Assembly (NCBI GenBank): GCA_001643675.2
Contig: LSRY02000037.1
Location: forward strand, 434,001 to 498,000
DNA from: Monocercomonoides exilis PA203
Lineage: Eukaryota; Protista; Preaxostyla
Reading direction: 5' to 3'
Length of the DNA stretch: 64,000 bases
The translations under genes were made by a program, and so were the position numbers. Positions within the stretch are counted from its first letter, which is position 1. Every line of letters begins with the position of its first letter. Under the pieces are notes generated by a model. It was given only the letters and a program-made list of their open reading frames with translations, was not told where the DNA came from and made no database searches. Shown here in pieces: positions 37,501 to 50,876 of this stretch.

Positions 37501-40500
37501 ATTCCGCTGTTTGTATATATGTGCACAATGGGGACAAAGGTGATTGCTGATGGAAGTGGAGGAAATGGGAAGGATCACAACCATTGTGGATTTGAAGGAT
37601 TTGGGTGTTTAACAGTTGATTATTGTGTAAACTCGAGAATGAGCAGCACTGTGAATGAAATAGAGGTTGTCTCATCTTCGTCAATAACCAAGGAAATAAC
37701 AGGACCTTCATTTGATGTGAATATTTCAGGCAGAATTGTGTCATTGGGAGAGGGAGAGAGAATTCTGGTGAATGTGAGTGATGGAGGATCAGCCACACAA
37801 GATTGTCTTGTTGAATGTTCGAGTTCACTGACAATGAGCAGACTTTCATTTGTTGTGAAAGGTCAGTTGGATTCAAGGAGAAGTGCATTCATTCATTCAA
37901 CATCAACACTCAGTGTGACGAACTGTTCAGTCACATTTGAAAGTGGGGCATTGACTGATGGAAAGATAGGATACAATGTGATAAACATTGAGGGAGGAGA
38001 ATTACTTATGAATGGATTTGCGATGGAAGGGTCAGTGATAATGAATGGGAAATCACCAATATCAATGTCAAGTGGAGCTCAATTGGAGATTCTGAACAGC
38101 AGGGTGATTGGAGTGGAAGTGATCGGAGTAGATGGTGGATGTTTGAATGTTGTAATGAGGGAAGGTGGATGTGTGAATATTGAAGAAAGTAATTTATCCT
38201 CGATTTGCTCAGGTGGAAGTGGGATGAAAGGAGGAGGGATGATGATATCGGTGGGGGATGGAGGAAGTTTGGAAATGAAAAATGTGAATTTGTCTGAATG
38301 TGAAGTTCCATCAGAGGATGTTGAGGATGGAGGAAAAGGGTTAGGAGGAGGGATGTTTGTTGAACTTCCAAATCAAATGGGATCATTTGTTTTGGAAGTG
38401 ATAGAATTTGAGGGATGCAATGCTTGGAAAGGGAAGAATGTGTTTGCGTTAGGATGGGATCTGAGAGAGATTGTGAACAAAGATCATCTGAAATGGGAGA
38501 TGAGTTCAAACGAGTTGGGATCGTTGGATGAGCTGTGTGGATGGGAGAGGAAGACAACAGGAGAGGAGGGATATGTGATTCCGCTTGTTGTGTATTTGTG
38601 GTCAAATTGGAGTGGGAATGGTTTTGTTGATGGAGAAGGAGGAGGAGACTTCAGTGGGTGTGGATATTCAGAAGCACCATGTTCATCAGTTGATCACTTG
38701 ATATCACTGAGATATGAACCACTTGGTGAAGGTGAATCACACATCAACATTGTTGGAACAGGAGCACTCAACAGAGGAATTTCATTTCCATCAGCTCCTT
38801 CATTAACAGAAACTCCCATTGTGACAATTAAAGGAGAAAAGAAAGGGACTGTTTTGAAAGTGAGAGAAATGGATGGAAATGGAGAAGGTGAATCGATGGT
38901 TATTTCGAATGTTCATCTTTCATTCAAGAACATATCATTCACAATGCCGAATGAATTGGGGAGACATTCATCATTCATTCAATCATCGTCTTCCTCTGCA
39001 ATGCTTTCAGTTGTGAGCTGTTCGATTGATTGTTCTGAGGAAAGGAGAGAGATGAAGTATTGTGTTGTGAGAGTGGATGGAGGAAGTGTTGCAATTGTGG
39101 ATTTGATACTTTCTGAGTTGAGTGTGGCGAAAGGGTTTGTGGAGTTTGGAGCAGAAGTGGAAGTGATTTCAGTGGTGAATGTATCGATATTGAACACAAC
39201 AATCTCAGGGGGAAGTCTGATCACGCTGACTGAGGGATCACACAATTTCCAATTCACGAGAAGAGAAGAAAGAAACACGAACACAGTTGTGAGAGTGAAT
39301 GAGTCGACATTCACAAACATTTCATGTGGAGAGAATGGAGCATGTGTTGTGAGTGTGGATTCGTTCGTGGTTGGTGTGGAGTGTGTGATGGAAAGGTGTG
39401 TGCTGACAAAGTGTGTGAGCGAGAGGAGCGAGGAAGGAGGAGGGGTGAAAGTGTGTCTGAAGAGTGGGGAATCAGAATTGAAAGTAAGAGGATGCTCGTT
39501 GGTGATGTGCATGTGCTCGACAGTGGATGGGAGAGGAGGAGGATTGATGATTGATGCACTTGATCCGAAAGCTGAATCAGTTGAAAAGGAAATGCCAGCT
39601 CTTGGGGTGAAACTTGAAAACATTCGATTTGTGATGAATGAGGCATTTGTAGGGAAGGATGTGTTCATCAAGTGCTATTCGATTGCAGGGCAGGTGAATG
39701 AGACGCTGTTTGCTCTGGACTTCAGCCAGGATGCTTTGAAGTCGAACAATTCGATTTGTGGGGGGGATAATGTCGATAAGGTTGATGTTGATCTTATTCC
39801 ATTGATCACATTCTTTCACTCCCCTCAGGTGTTTGTGAGTGTGAATGGAAGCGATAGCAAGCAGTGTGGGGCACAGGAGAAGCCATGCCAAAGCATTTAC
39901 TGTGGAGTTCGGCACATTGAAAAGAGTGTTGCGAATATGATTCTGATCGATGGAGAATGTCTGATTGGGGGAAAGTGTGAGATTGGAGATATGAATGTGA
40001 AATCATTGAAGAGAGAGCAGGCAACCATTCATTTGAACACAAGGATTGAAGAAGATGAAATGAATGGAGGAAGTGTGATTGTGTTTGTTGATGAGTGTGT
40101 TGTGGAGAGATGTGGATTTGTGTTTGGGGAGATGTTTGGGTGGGATGGGAAAAGCATTGTGAAAGAGAAAGATGGGAGATTGGAGATTTCGGAGTGCAGG
40201 TTCAGCTCAGCAACGATGGATCTGGTGATGAAGAGCAGGATTGTGAGTGTTGAGAGTGGAGAGCTGAAGATGACAGAAACAACATTTGATGGGATTCACA
40301 CCACAGCACCACTTCTCAAGTTCACCAAAGAGGGAAAGGTTTCGATGAGTGAGATTGGAGTTTGGGATGTGATGAGTGAATGTGGTTTGATTTGTGTAGG
40401 AGGGAGTGTGCAAGTTGAGATGACGATGGTTGAGGGAGTGAATATCTCGGTTTGGGGGAATGAGAGTGTGATGAAGATGGAAAGAGCCGAAAAGAGAATG

Positions 40501-42684
40501 AGTGTGCTAAACTGTTCATTTGCTCAATGCCAGGGCACGAATGAGAGAGGGAGAATGGTGGAGATTTGTGAGTGCGTGGATGTGCTGATTGGATCATGTT
40601 TGTTTGATGGAGGAACAATGGAAAGAAATGAAAAGAATTTGAATGTCGAAGAGGAGACGTGCAAATGGGATGGATCTCTTGTTGATATCTCCAACAGTTC
40701 TGTTTTGATGAAAGACACAACAATTACGAATTCACCAGATGGTGGAATAACAATGAGTGGAGGGGAGTTGACTGTTAATGATGGAAGATTTGAGAATAAC
40801 AATCCATCGATTGAAGGATATCCATCATTGAGAAGGAATATCATCTGTTCAGATTCAGGAACATTGAATGTGATGAGTTTGAAAGGAGGAGATGGATTGG
40901 AGAGAAATACATCACTTTGGATATTGAATGATGGGTGCAGTTTTGAAGGGATTGTTTCAGAAAGGGATTCATCGTTCTTCATTCCTGTGTTGGAGAGTGT
41001 GGAAGCAAAAGAAGAGACAGAAAGAATGAAGTTGATATTCAAAGGATCGCTTCTTGTTCCATGCAATCTGTCATTCTCAGTTGTGAAGAGGAAGGGAGAA
41101 GAGAATGAGATTGAAAAGCACGATTTTGATGCAAGTGGGTTTTTATCCGAAAGGGAAGTTGAAGGAAGCGTGGGAAAAGATCTCATTAGAAGTTGTGGAG
41201 ATGAAATCGAGGTGAGTGTGTGCATTTTGTTTGGGAATGCAGAATCTCTATCATCAACAAATCCATTCATTCTGAAGAATGCAAGCGAAACAAAACAAAA
41301 AGATGAAGGAAGAATTGTTGAAGGAAGAAAAGAAGGAAAATCTTATTTGTTGTTGATTGTTATAATCATGGCAGTTATTCTTGTGATTGTTCTTATTGTA
41401 TCTGTTGTTTTGGCTGTCCGATGGAGGAAAGCAAAGAATGAGAATAAAGATTTGAGAGAGATTGTGAACGATAATATCAGAAAGGATCCGAAGGCATTTG
41501 AGATGGTGACGATGGAGATGTCTCCAGAGGAGCAATGGCGAAGGGCTGAGAGGGAGGCAGAGAAGAAGAATGAAGAGAGGATAAAGAAGAGGGTGTATGG
41601 GAAGCAGATGCAGCATTCTGAGTCTTCAGAGCATCTTCTGTCAGAGAGTGGATCGACTGAATACATTCTGGGAAAAGATTCAGACAAGATCCCTGAATGG
41701 ATGCTGGAGAAGGTTGAAGAAGAAGAGGTTCGAAAGAGATCACCCTCTCCATCCATCTCATCCACTTCAACCACTTCAACGACTGATTCGGATTCAACAT
41801 TTGTTCGATCAGAGTGTCTGTGCCCAACCACCTCATCGATGTCGAACTTGGTGGATGCAATGGCCTGTTCATCGCCTCATGAGAAACTGATTGTGGATCT
41901 GAGGGATTCGCTGTTCATGTTATTGCATGGAAGGAACGAGAAGAAAGAGATGGCAATTGGGACTCTGCAGGAGAGAGAACAAACAGCTGCCCAAATCCTG
42001 TTCTGGGTGGCTAATCTCGCACTCCATTCATTTGATGAAATGGAAATTCCACTTCAATCGCTTTCAAATTTGAGTCTACACGTTGTGTTGTTCTCTGAAC
42101 ACATGGTGATCTGCATTGTGATGCATTCGGACTTGTTGTCAGCTGATGATTCCGATTCTTCGTCGATCTCTTCATCAACAGTTGTTTCTTCTGCTAGTGA
42201 TGATGATAGAGATTCTCTTCCATCTTCAGCCTTTGAGGATGAAGATGAATTCCAAAAAGAGTGCCTGAGGTGGAAGGCGCCTGAGCTTCTGATCAACAAG
42301 AAGCTAGGTGCAACAAAGGAGTCAGTTGTGTTTTCGATTGGGATGATGCTGTGGGAGTGCTTGACGCTTCAAATCCCGTTTGGGGAGTATGAGGCAGAGG
42401 TGGTTGGGCAGAAGATTGCGAATGGGGAGAGACCGTGCTTGTCAGCTGTGGGCGAGAGTAGTTTTTGCGAAGTGATAAAAGCGTGCCTTTGGCAGGAGGC
42501 GAAAGACAGGGCCGAGCTGAAGAGTGTGAGGCGGGAGTGTGTCAGCCACTTTCCAGCAGGAAAGTTGATCATGACGATGTCGGATGGCATCTACGACCGG
42601 AACAGGAGGATTGTTGTGAGGAGCGATGTTGAAAGTGGGGACGAGACATTGGAAGAGGAACAAACAGAAAAAAAGGATTTGTGA
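34597..42684 (+). CDS. Receptor-like protein: Cys/Gly-rich beta-helix (pectin-lyase/Pmp-like) ectodomain, single TM, degenerate kinase domain; one in-frame TGA
   Basis: ORFs 34585-36006 and 36139-42684 are in the same frame, separated only by TGA at 36004-36006. Hydrophobic N-terminus from ATG 34597. Repeated F-x-x-C...GG(A/G)(I/L/M) rungs. TM LLLIVIIMAVILVIVLIVSVVLAV-RWRK. Kinase C-lobe RWKAPELL...VFSIGMMLWECLTLQIPF, without HRD or DFG. Confidence 0.8.
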
Positions 42685-42962
42685 AGGAGATGGAGAAATG
42701 AAGTCGAACGTTTTGTTTGAGAAAACAACTATTTGAAGGTTGATATGTTGATGTTTTGTGATTTGTTTAGATTTGTTGTGTTTATTTTCATAGAGAATAA
42801 ATATGTGAGTTTGTGATTGTTCTTCCAAATTTTTCATTGTTCAAGGAGTGTTTGTTGTGATTTCATTTTTTGTATTCATTTTCACGATTGTTTTTTTATT
42901 TCTGTTCAATGGAGTTGATTCATTTCATTCAAAAATGAGGATTTCATTTCACATATGACTCG

Positions 42963-43058
42963 TTTTTTATTGATTTTTGTTTTGTTTTTGTTTTTGTTTT
43001 TGATTTTGATTTTGATTTTGTTTTTGATTTTGTTTTTGATTTTGTTTTTGATTTTGAT
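42963..43058. repeat. Hexamer tandem repeat (TTTTGA/TTTTGT)n
   Basis: Directly visible. Confidence 0.8.
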
Positions 43059-43751
43059 TGAAATATCCTTTTTTTATTCATTTGAAGTTTATAATTCCTA
43101 TTTTTCTAATAACTTTGTGTTTTCAGTTTTGCGATTTTTTCAGCAAGTTCCTTCAAGCACACAAATGGAATTTGATGTTCAAATGAGTTATTTGTTCAAT
43201 GTTCATAATCACCTTTTATTGATGGAATATTATTCTTTGTTGATTCTTCCTGCTTGACTTCAGCCTTTGAATCGATTCATTCCATCCAACAACTTTAAGC
43301 TCCAAACCAGCCCCTTTCCCCTGATTTTTAGTAAATTTTTTCAGAACGTTTTTTGAGTTTTTTTTTCAGTATTTTTTTCATTTTTTTTTCAGCATACAAA
43401 TTTCGATTTAAAATGTTTTTATGTCAAAATAGCTAAGCGGAAAAGAATATTAAATATGCACTGAAAAATTAATTCATCAATTATGAAGTGGGTGATGTGT
43501 TATTTGTTTGAAAAAAGAAATTGAAAGACACAAGTGAAGATGATCTATTTTCATTTCCAATTGTTTGAAAAAATTCAGATAGTAAATCCTTTTCGTCACT
43601 CTTCAAAGTGAATTAATATTCTGTTCTGGTTGATGTTTCTTCGGTGTCAATAATCTCAATATTGAATTTAATTTATATGTGCTATTCTTTTTGAAAAGTC
43701 GAAAATGTTTTTTTTTTCGAATAAAATGAAAATTCTATGAAAATATGGTTA

Positions 43752-45790
43752 GGGTGATTTATTAACCCGAATATTTTATTGAAAACCCGAATAAAAAATA
43801 TACAAATTTATTTTTGTGTATTGTGTATTGATTTCGTTTTTTTAAAAATATTAATAATAAATATAATCAACAAGCTCTCGTTTCACAATTTTTCGAGTAT
43901 TTCTTTCTTTTTTTTCATCATCAGAAAAATCATCATTTAAAATTTTCAATGGGTTGAATTTTCTTTTTTTCGGTTTTTCATCTTCAAACAAAGCCTTTTC
44001 AATTTCTTGATTATCTTTTTCTTCATTTTTTGACTCTTTTCTTTCATCCTTTTCTTTTTTCCATTCTATTAAGAATTCTTCATCGGTAATTAATTTTCCA
44101 AAATAATCAAACCTTTTTGTTCTTTTCTTCAGAGTGACAGAAGGTTCTTTTGGCAGCTTCGCTAACACTTCGTGCCACTAATGTGACAGTACTCCGCTCT
44201 TCGCAAATGATGATTTGATTGTAGAAGGCAACAAAGAAGTTTGTAAAGCTTGTGGAAGCACATCAGCTAGCGCTTATCGTCGCAAAACAACAGAAGAAGA
44301 AGAAGGAGCTTCGTAATTGGCATTAATTGTTTTTTTAAAACAGCAAATACCCCACGATCGAATGGCTGTGCGATGTGAGTGGTGTGGGGCAAAAAGGTGA
44401 CCACATCTATTGAAGAATCGGCGAACTTCTTCCACAAGTCAGGCTGCGCTCTCGAAGAATGAGAATAAAGAAGGAGAAGGCAACGTTCATCATTCTTCTT
44501 CAAAGTTTCTCTTCTTTGTGTGATCCCTGGAAGCAACACTTCTTCAGCATATTTGAGGAATAGCGTTTCAGTCATCCAGCCTTCATTTTCACCCCAAACA
44601 TCTAACTGCGAACTCAGAACAAGGCGCAGTTCATCTGGCAGCTTCCAACAAGGCCACAGAACGACACTTTTTAGGGAGTAGCCATCAGCTGCAGCTGCAA
44701 CGACGAGAGTTGCATTCGGTATGTTCATTGGTGTTTTGGAGAAACCGGCAGGCATGTCGGAAGGATGGAAAACAAGAGAAGAGAAAGAATCAGAGAGTCG
44801 GAGAGAAGATTCATCAATATTAAAGATGAGAGAGTTAGAATAATGATGTTGATCATGAAGGTTTTGTAGAAGAGTGAAAAATGGAAGAAGAGTTTGTTGA
44901 TTAGATGCGGAGAGCCTTTGGATGTCGACATTTCGAGGATGAGAAGCTTTGAGATCGGGGTTCCTTTTTGTGTATTGATAAGGATATGCTTTAGAAATGT
45001 TCACTTCTTCATCTTCTTCATCAAAATCGTCTTTTTTCCTATCATTAATGACAGTGTTCATCTGAATATATAAAAAAAAGAAAAAAACAACAAATAAAAA
45101 ACTGTGACAAACTAATTTCCTCATCTGTGCAGCGTTGTAACTTGTCCCACTTTCACATTCGTTTTTAAGCACACCAAATATAGTTTCCTTTTCTTCCTTG
45201 TTGAATAATTCAGGTCTTCCATTCTTTCCAGCTTTTCTTCCTTTTTCCAAAGCTGCAACTGCTCTATCAATTGCCGAGCGAGTAAATTCCTTCATGTTCT
45301 CAGCATCAGCAACCCGAGCTTCTCCATTAGAAATAATCGTTGCAACACGTTCTAATCTACTTTCAATATGTCGATATTGGAAGGATCTCATTAAACTTCT
45401 AATTTTCTTTAATCCTTGTTGTTTTTTGTTTTCCACAACACTCATTTTAAAATATTTTTTGGTTATGATCATTTTTGATTTTTTAATAAAATTTTTTTGA
45501 AATGAAAAAAAATCAAAAAAAAAAATTTCAATAAAATTCTAAATTAGTAAGCCCCGTTGCTATTACCTAATCTCCTCAGGGGAGGCACCAATCAGAGATG
45601 GAGGAGCTAACTCCCCCATCTCCCCCCCCCCCATCAGAGATTAGGTATAGTAATTTGATCTTAATTTCTGACTTCTGACTTTTCCTTATATACTCAAAAC
45701 AATTAATAAAATATGAAAAGTGGGTTGATTAAACTTATTAATAAAAAAAATGTTCGGGTTAAAAAAAATATTCGGGTTAATAAATCACCC
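43752..45790 (-). mobile_element. pogo/Tc5-like (DDE_1) DNA transposon, 2,039 bp
   Basis: Perfect 26-bp TIRs GGGTGATTTATTAACCCGAATATTTT (43752-43777, 45765-45790). TA on both sides (43750-43751, 45791-45792). Second subterminal AACCCGAA unit at both ends. Confidence 0.92.
43851..45472 (-). pseudogene. DDE_1 transposase, inactivated, with a 51-nt intron
   Basis: LIFNIDES, LLLLYSHSSR (second catalytic D appears as Y) and LPHTTHIAQPFDRGVF. Frameshift near 44335 and two in-frame stops before ORF 43851-44168. GTTTGT...TTCAG intron at 45112-45062. Confidence 0.88.
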
Positions 45791-46789
45791 TATGATTTTA
45801 TCTTGACCTTTTTTCTTTGTCAAGACCTTTTTCTTTTTTGCCATGCTTTTAGCTTTACACAAGCCTGCGATAAATAAAAAATAACCAGAAATGTTTGAAA
45901 TGTTTTAATTTCCTTATTCAATATTTTTTTTCAATATTTCTTGTTTTACAAAAAGATCGAGGATTATAACAATTTTATGTTTTGATCATTGACTTGCTGC
46001 TATTCCAGTGAATATTTTTTTAAAAAGTTTTCATCTTTCATATAATAATGCATTGTTTCTTTTTTATAAGTTAAACTTGTTTTTAACTTTCTCAACTTGT
46101 TTTTTTTTACACTTTTTCTCATTTCACACATTTTTTCAAAAAGCACGATTTCAGAGATTTTTATTCATTTGTTTTAAAATTCTTTGAAATGAAATAAAAA
46201 CAAATTTGTAATGAAATGATATCTCAAAGAAAAAACAACAAAATATTTGTATATGACGAACAATTTTCAGATCAAAATTTTTATATGTTCTACCATTTCG
46301 CTTCAAATTCTTGTTCAATCCTTTTACTCTTCAGAATTAAATAAAAATATACAATAAATAACACCTTGTTTTTATTTTTTATATGCTTAAAAATTTAAAC
46401 AAATTCATATTTGTTCCGAAAATAGTGTTTAATGCAAAAACAGCGAAATGAGAAAAACAAAAAAAAATTTGATAAAGTTAAAAATAAGTTCAAATAAAGA
46501 AAAAATGATGTTCAATGATGCTATTACTCAAAATGTTCGGTGTGAAATATTCGCTGAATAATCAGCAAGTTATTGATCTGAATCCAAATCAAGAATTAAT
46601 TTTATTTTGAACAAAAAATTATTCATATTTTTTTTTTAGTAGAATGCTGAAAACAATAAATGTCAAGAAGTATATTTATTTATTTATTGTTTCAAGCCTT
46701 TTCGCAAATTAAAAAAAAAAGCAAAAATAAGTTTCAAAAAAAAGGGTTGAGATTAATTTTTGAGTTCAAGATAAAATATGTACCCAAAA

Positions 46790-48460
46790 TGTATCAGAAG
46801 GACTATCCTCCGATCCAATGTCAAGTGAGTGAAGATTGCACTGAAGGAGTTTAAGAAGATAACAACGAAGTTGAAGATGGTACAGTTTGTGGGAAAGGAC
46901 TAGACGAAGAAGGAATCATAGAGTTTGAAGAAAAAGAAGAAGATGAAGAAATTATTGAGAGATGAAAAATCAGTCAAATAACATTTCTGAAGAAGATGAT
47001 GAAAATGATTTGTTTGATGTTGTCAGTTGGCTAAATGTCACATTTGATAAGTTGACTTCGAAAGAAATATAAAACTTCAATCACAAATAATATTGGGAAA
47101 TTTGCATTAATTTGTCAATGAAGATCACATCCTCAGTTCATTTGCAAACTTGGTGTGGTTTTATTTCCTTTCTCTCCAAAAACAAAAAAATGATGTTCAT
47201 CCATTGGCTCTGAAAATATAAAAAGCATCAAATGAAGATGTAAGTGAAGATGAATACGAAGATGAAAAAGCAGCAGAAGAAAAAGAAGATGGAGAAAAAG
47301 AGGAAGAAGAATTTGAAGGAGTAGAGGAAGAAGAAGAAGAAGATGATGATGATGATAAAGAAGTTAGCCATGAAGGCGATGATAACGAAGAGTCAATTGT
47401 CGAAGATGAATGATGAACAATTCGATAAGTCAGATGCTTTTTGAATGCGAATGCCCAGCCAGCTCATCTGCTCTGATGAAAGAGTAGCTTCTGTCAAATT
47501 CCCTCAACAAATAAGCCAAACAAACTGCTTTTTCTCTCTTTCAAGCTCATCTTAAGCATTGCCAGGCTATGCAGCGTGCAAGACAGATGGCGGAAGTCAC
47601 GAATGTCATCGTTGAATGCAATCCAAATAAGAATTATCTCAAAACTTTTGAATCTTTTGTTAAAAAAACGATAAAAATGCTTCTTTCGATGGCATTTCTG
47701 TTCACAATCATTCTCTATTCATTGAAAAAAACATCTTAAAAGAAAAATGAACAAAACAAAAAAAGTCAAACCATCTTTTTGGTCTTGAAATATTTTCCCA
47801 TCTCCAATGGATTGGTAATTGTCTGTCAAACTGGTTTTCTTGCTCTTAGAATCCATTGCGAAGTTGGCTGTGATATCTGATGAAAACACATATTCTCCAA
47901 ATAAACTCCTTTTCAAAAACTTATTCAACGCCAAGTCTTCGCTGATAGTGTTCTTGCAGTATTCGTGCAAAATGCAAATGTCATTATTGTTAAGGCCTGT
48001 TGGGTGTCTCGCTCAACTCGTTTCCTCTATTATCCAAACCCTCAATTCTCTTTCCTTTTCACAAAATCATCCTTCTCCACCAAAAAAATCACACAAAACA
48101 AATCCTGAAACAAAAAAATATGCCAAGTGCACTGAACTTTCCACAAAATGAACAAGCTGTTCAATTCAATCTTTCTGAAATTGTCGTAGCTTTTTCAGCA
48201 TCTTGCTTGAGTTATTTTTCACTCAAATTATCACAGCCAGCGTTATGCTATATGTTTTGCAATATATAACCAAGTTCAAATCTCATGCAGATATTCTCCA
48301 CCAATTCACTTTTTGCAAACAATCGATGCAAACAGCCACTCTCTCCTACATCTGTCAATAAAATCCCTGTTCTTCTGCAATACTATAACTCGCATGGGTG
48401 CATCCGTGGTCTTTCATCCAAAACAGCACAAACAAAGTTTTGACGCAACATATCATTAAT
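46790..48460 (-). pseudogene. Degraded multi-exon gene relic with Ser-rich tract
   Basis: Protein-like frame DMLRQNFVCAVLDERPRMHPCEL*YCRRTG...RFELGYILQNI*HNAG...EK*LKQ with scattered stops. Poly-Ser-type repeats at ~47240-47410. Family unknown. Confidence 0.4.
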
Positions 48461-48705
48461 CTGAAATTTTTCACTAATAAAATTATGGGTTGCAAACCCA
48501 TATTTATTTGATCAAAAACGAGAATTTTAAATAAAAAGATTTGCATGTTTTGATGCAAAAGACATTGATGAAAAATGAAGATTTTTGGACTCATGTGTTA
48601 TTAGATGTTTGATTTGGAGTTTTTAATTCTTTTAATTTGAACATTACGTGACACTTCTGAAAACGTGTTTGCTAATTGTTTTGGATTCAATTTGCAATTT
48701 TGCAG

Positions 48706-50120
48706 TCACAATCAACGAAACAAATATTTCTCGGTATGTATGCGTTTGCGAGAAAATGATTTTCGAATGATTAGTTGTTTTATTTTCTGATTTTTAAGAG
48801 AAACTTTCGCAGTTGGAACAAAGCACCGATGCTGAGCAGAAACAGATAATTTTTGAAATGAATTTGCTAATCGAGAAAATGAATGGGGAAATTTTTGATT
48901 ATGTTTTCACCAAAGAAATGTTCAATGAAATAGACAAAAAGATTGAAGAAAAGAAACTGACTTTGGAGAATGTTATTTTGTTGCTGAAGCATATAAGATG
49001 TTATAATACATTGAAAAGAATACATCTTTTTGGCTTTGAAAAAGCTTCTTTGGGTGAAAGAATTGAGAAGATGATTGCTGAAGAAAATCTAAAGAAAAAA
49101 GAGGAAAAGAATGAAAAGCTGCTGATTGATCTGTGCGAATGCTATATTTCACTTTATTATCTCCTCTCGCCTGAAATAATTTCAATTTGCGTTCCTTGCC
49201 TTCTGAAAGTGGCGTTGAAGAAAGAGGAAAATGAAAAAACACAAAAGGAAGCGGAAACTGCTTTGTTGGCTTTGAGCAACATCAAATTTGATGTATGAAC
49301 ATTATTATTTCCTTTTGATATTTTTCTTATTTTTCTTATTTTTCTTATTTCTAATTAGTTTTTAAATCAAGGACAATATTTGAACGAAATCAAGGAAATT
49401 ATCAAACATCATCAGGAACACCGCAATCTGACACGATTGGCTTATCAGTCTGCTTGGGAGTTTTTGGTAACCAAATTCCTCGATGATGGCAGCTTGAAAG
49501 AAGTGATTGTGAATGAGCTGCGTTTTGGAAGAGAAGCAGCAAGAGAACTGGAAGCACTTTCAAAATGTGTGGATTGGAAAAGGAAAAAAGAAGTGAGAGG
49601 AAAGGAAAAGAAAGAAGAGATTGCTTTATTAAGGTGGCTTCAAGCATTGGTTGTTTTCTTATCCTCAAGCAAATTGTGGAATGAAGAATTTATTGAGCTT
49701 ATTGGAAGCATTGTTCAAGTGTTTCGAGCAGCAAGAGAAAATAAAAGAGAAATTAGCTACTGGTGCATTTCTTCCTTGAGAAATGCAGCGGGTAACGGAT
49801 TTGTACCAATTGAAGCTTTTTTGAAAAATGGTGCTATTAATGCTGTTTTGGAGGAATTTCAGCGACCAACGTTGGATGACGAGAAGGCATATGAATGCTT
49901 GAAGTTTTTCATAAATGCTTCAAATCGAATGGAAGAAAAGATGGATAATAAAATGGTAGAAGTGAAAAGAAAGATCACAAAAAAGGAGCTGTTTGACAAG
50001 CTGGAAGAAGAAGGATACGAAGATACCATCATTAGCTTTCATAAAATATTCGATTATCTCAATAGAAAATATTATCGTGAAACATCGTTGAATATTTCTG
50101 ATTATTTTGCGAATATTTGA
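48706..50120 (+). CDS. Lineage-specific helical (ARM-like) multigene family protein, paralog 1
   Basis: Exons ~48706-48733, 48799-49292 and 49359-50120 join in phase. Motifs CVPCLLKVALKKEE, HHQEHRNLTRLAYQSAW, EEEGYED and LNISDYF are shared with the neighbouring paralog. Start codon not located. Confidence 0.7.
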
Positions 50121-50876
50121 GAAAATGAAACTCATTTTTTTTTATTTTAACTCAAAAATTGTAAATTTTTATTTATCATTTCTCAACACAACAAACAACT
50201 GAAGATTATTAAATGAAGAATTTTATTGCTTCATCTCTGAAATATAATAAATAAAATTTTTGAATAATCAAAAGGAGAGCAAAAACCTTTTTTGAACAAT
50301 TATTGTTTGTGGATCAATCACAAATCCAAAAGATGTTTTTTTCAAATATTTATGGGATTCTGGTGGTGAAGAGATGAAGTTCTTTCAAGAACGATTTTTT
50401 TCTTCATTATTCTCCATTTTCTTCAAACAGAACATTCTTTTCCAGTTACTGTAGAAATAATCATTATTTTTTCGTTCTGTGTTTATCTCAAAAACTCTTT
50501 TAGAAATTGTTTCAGTGTTATTTCTCTTCCATTCCTTTATATCAGATGGAATCTGGAAATACTTGCAAAGAATCTGAAGTTGCAAAAGAATGCACAAAAG
50601 AGAAAAGAAGAGAGTCTGTACGACACAACGAATGAGCAAGAGAATTTCGATTTTTCTTCGAGAAACTATTGGGAAGGAAAATTACATAAAAAACATTATT
50701 TGGAGTAGAAAAGAGGAAAATGGGAAAACATTTCAAAGAAATCTTTTTCAATTTTTCAAGTTCATCAAAATGAAGAGGAATTGGAAAAAAAATTTCCCAC
50801 CTGTTTGTTAAATTGTGAAATGAATGAAAAAAGAAAAGAAAAAGGTTTTGAGTAAAATAAAATGAAAAGAATTTAG

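Noticed and set aside
36612-42837. Minus-strand ORFs within the receptor gene
   Set aside because: Antisense shadows of a long biased-codon ORF.
44170-44280. In-frame TAA/TAG in both transposases as a sign of a TAR=Gln code
   Set aside because: Host genes here end in TAA (cofilin, 7TM), long ORFs lack internal TAR, and the same elements have frameshifts and a catalytic mutation. Ordinary decay explains it.
45559-45650. Hammerhead ribozyme in the GC-rich cassette
   Set aside because: CTGAT occurs twice, but the CUGANGA and GAAA core is absent.
50385-50639. 84-aa ORF between the two paralogs
   Set aside because: No clear start or motif, at most a decayed fragment.
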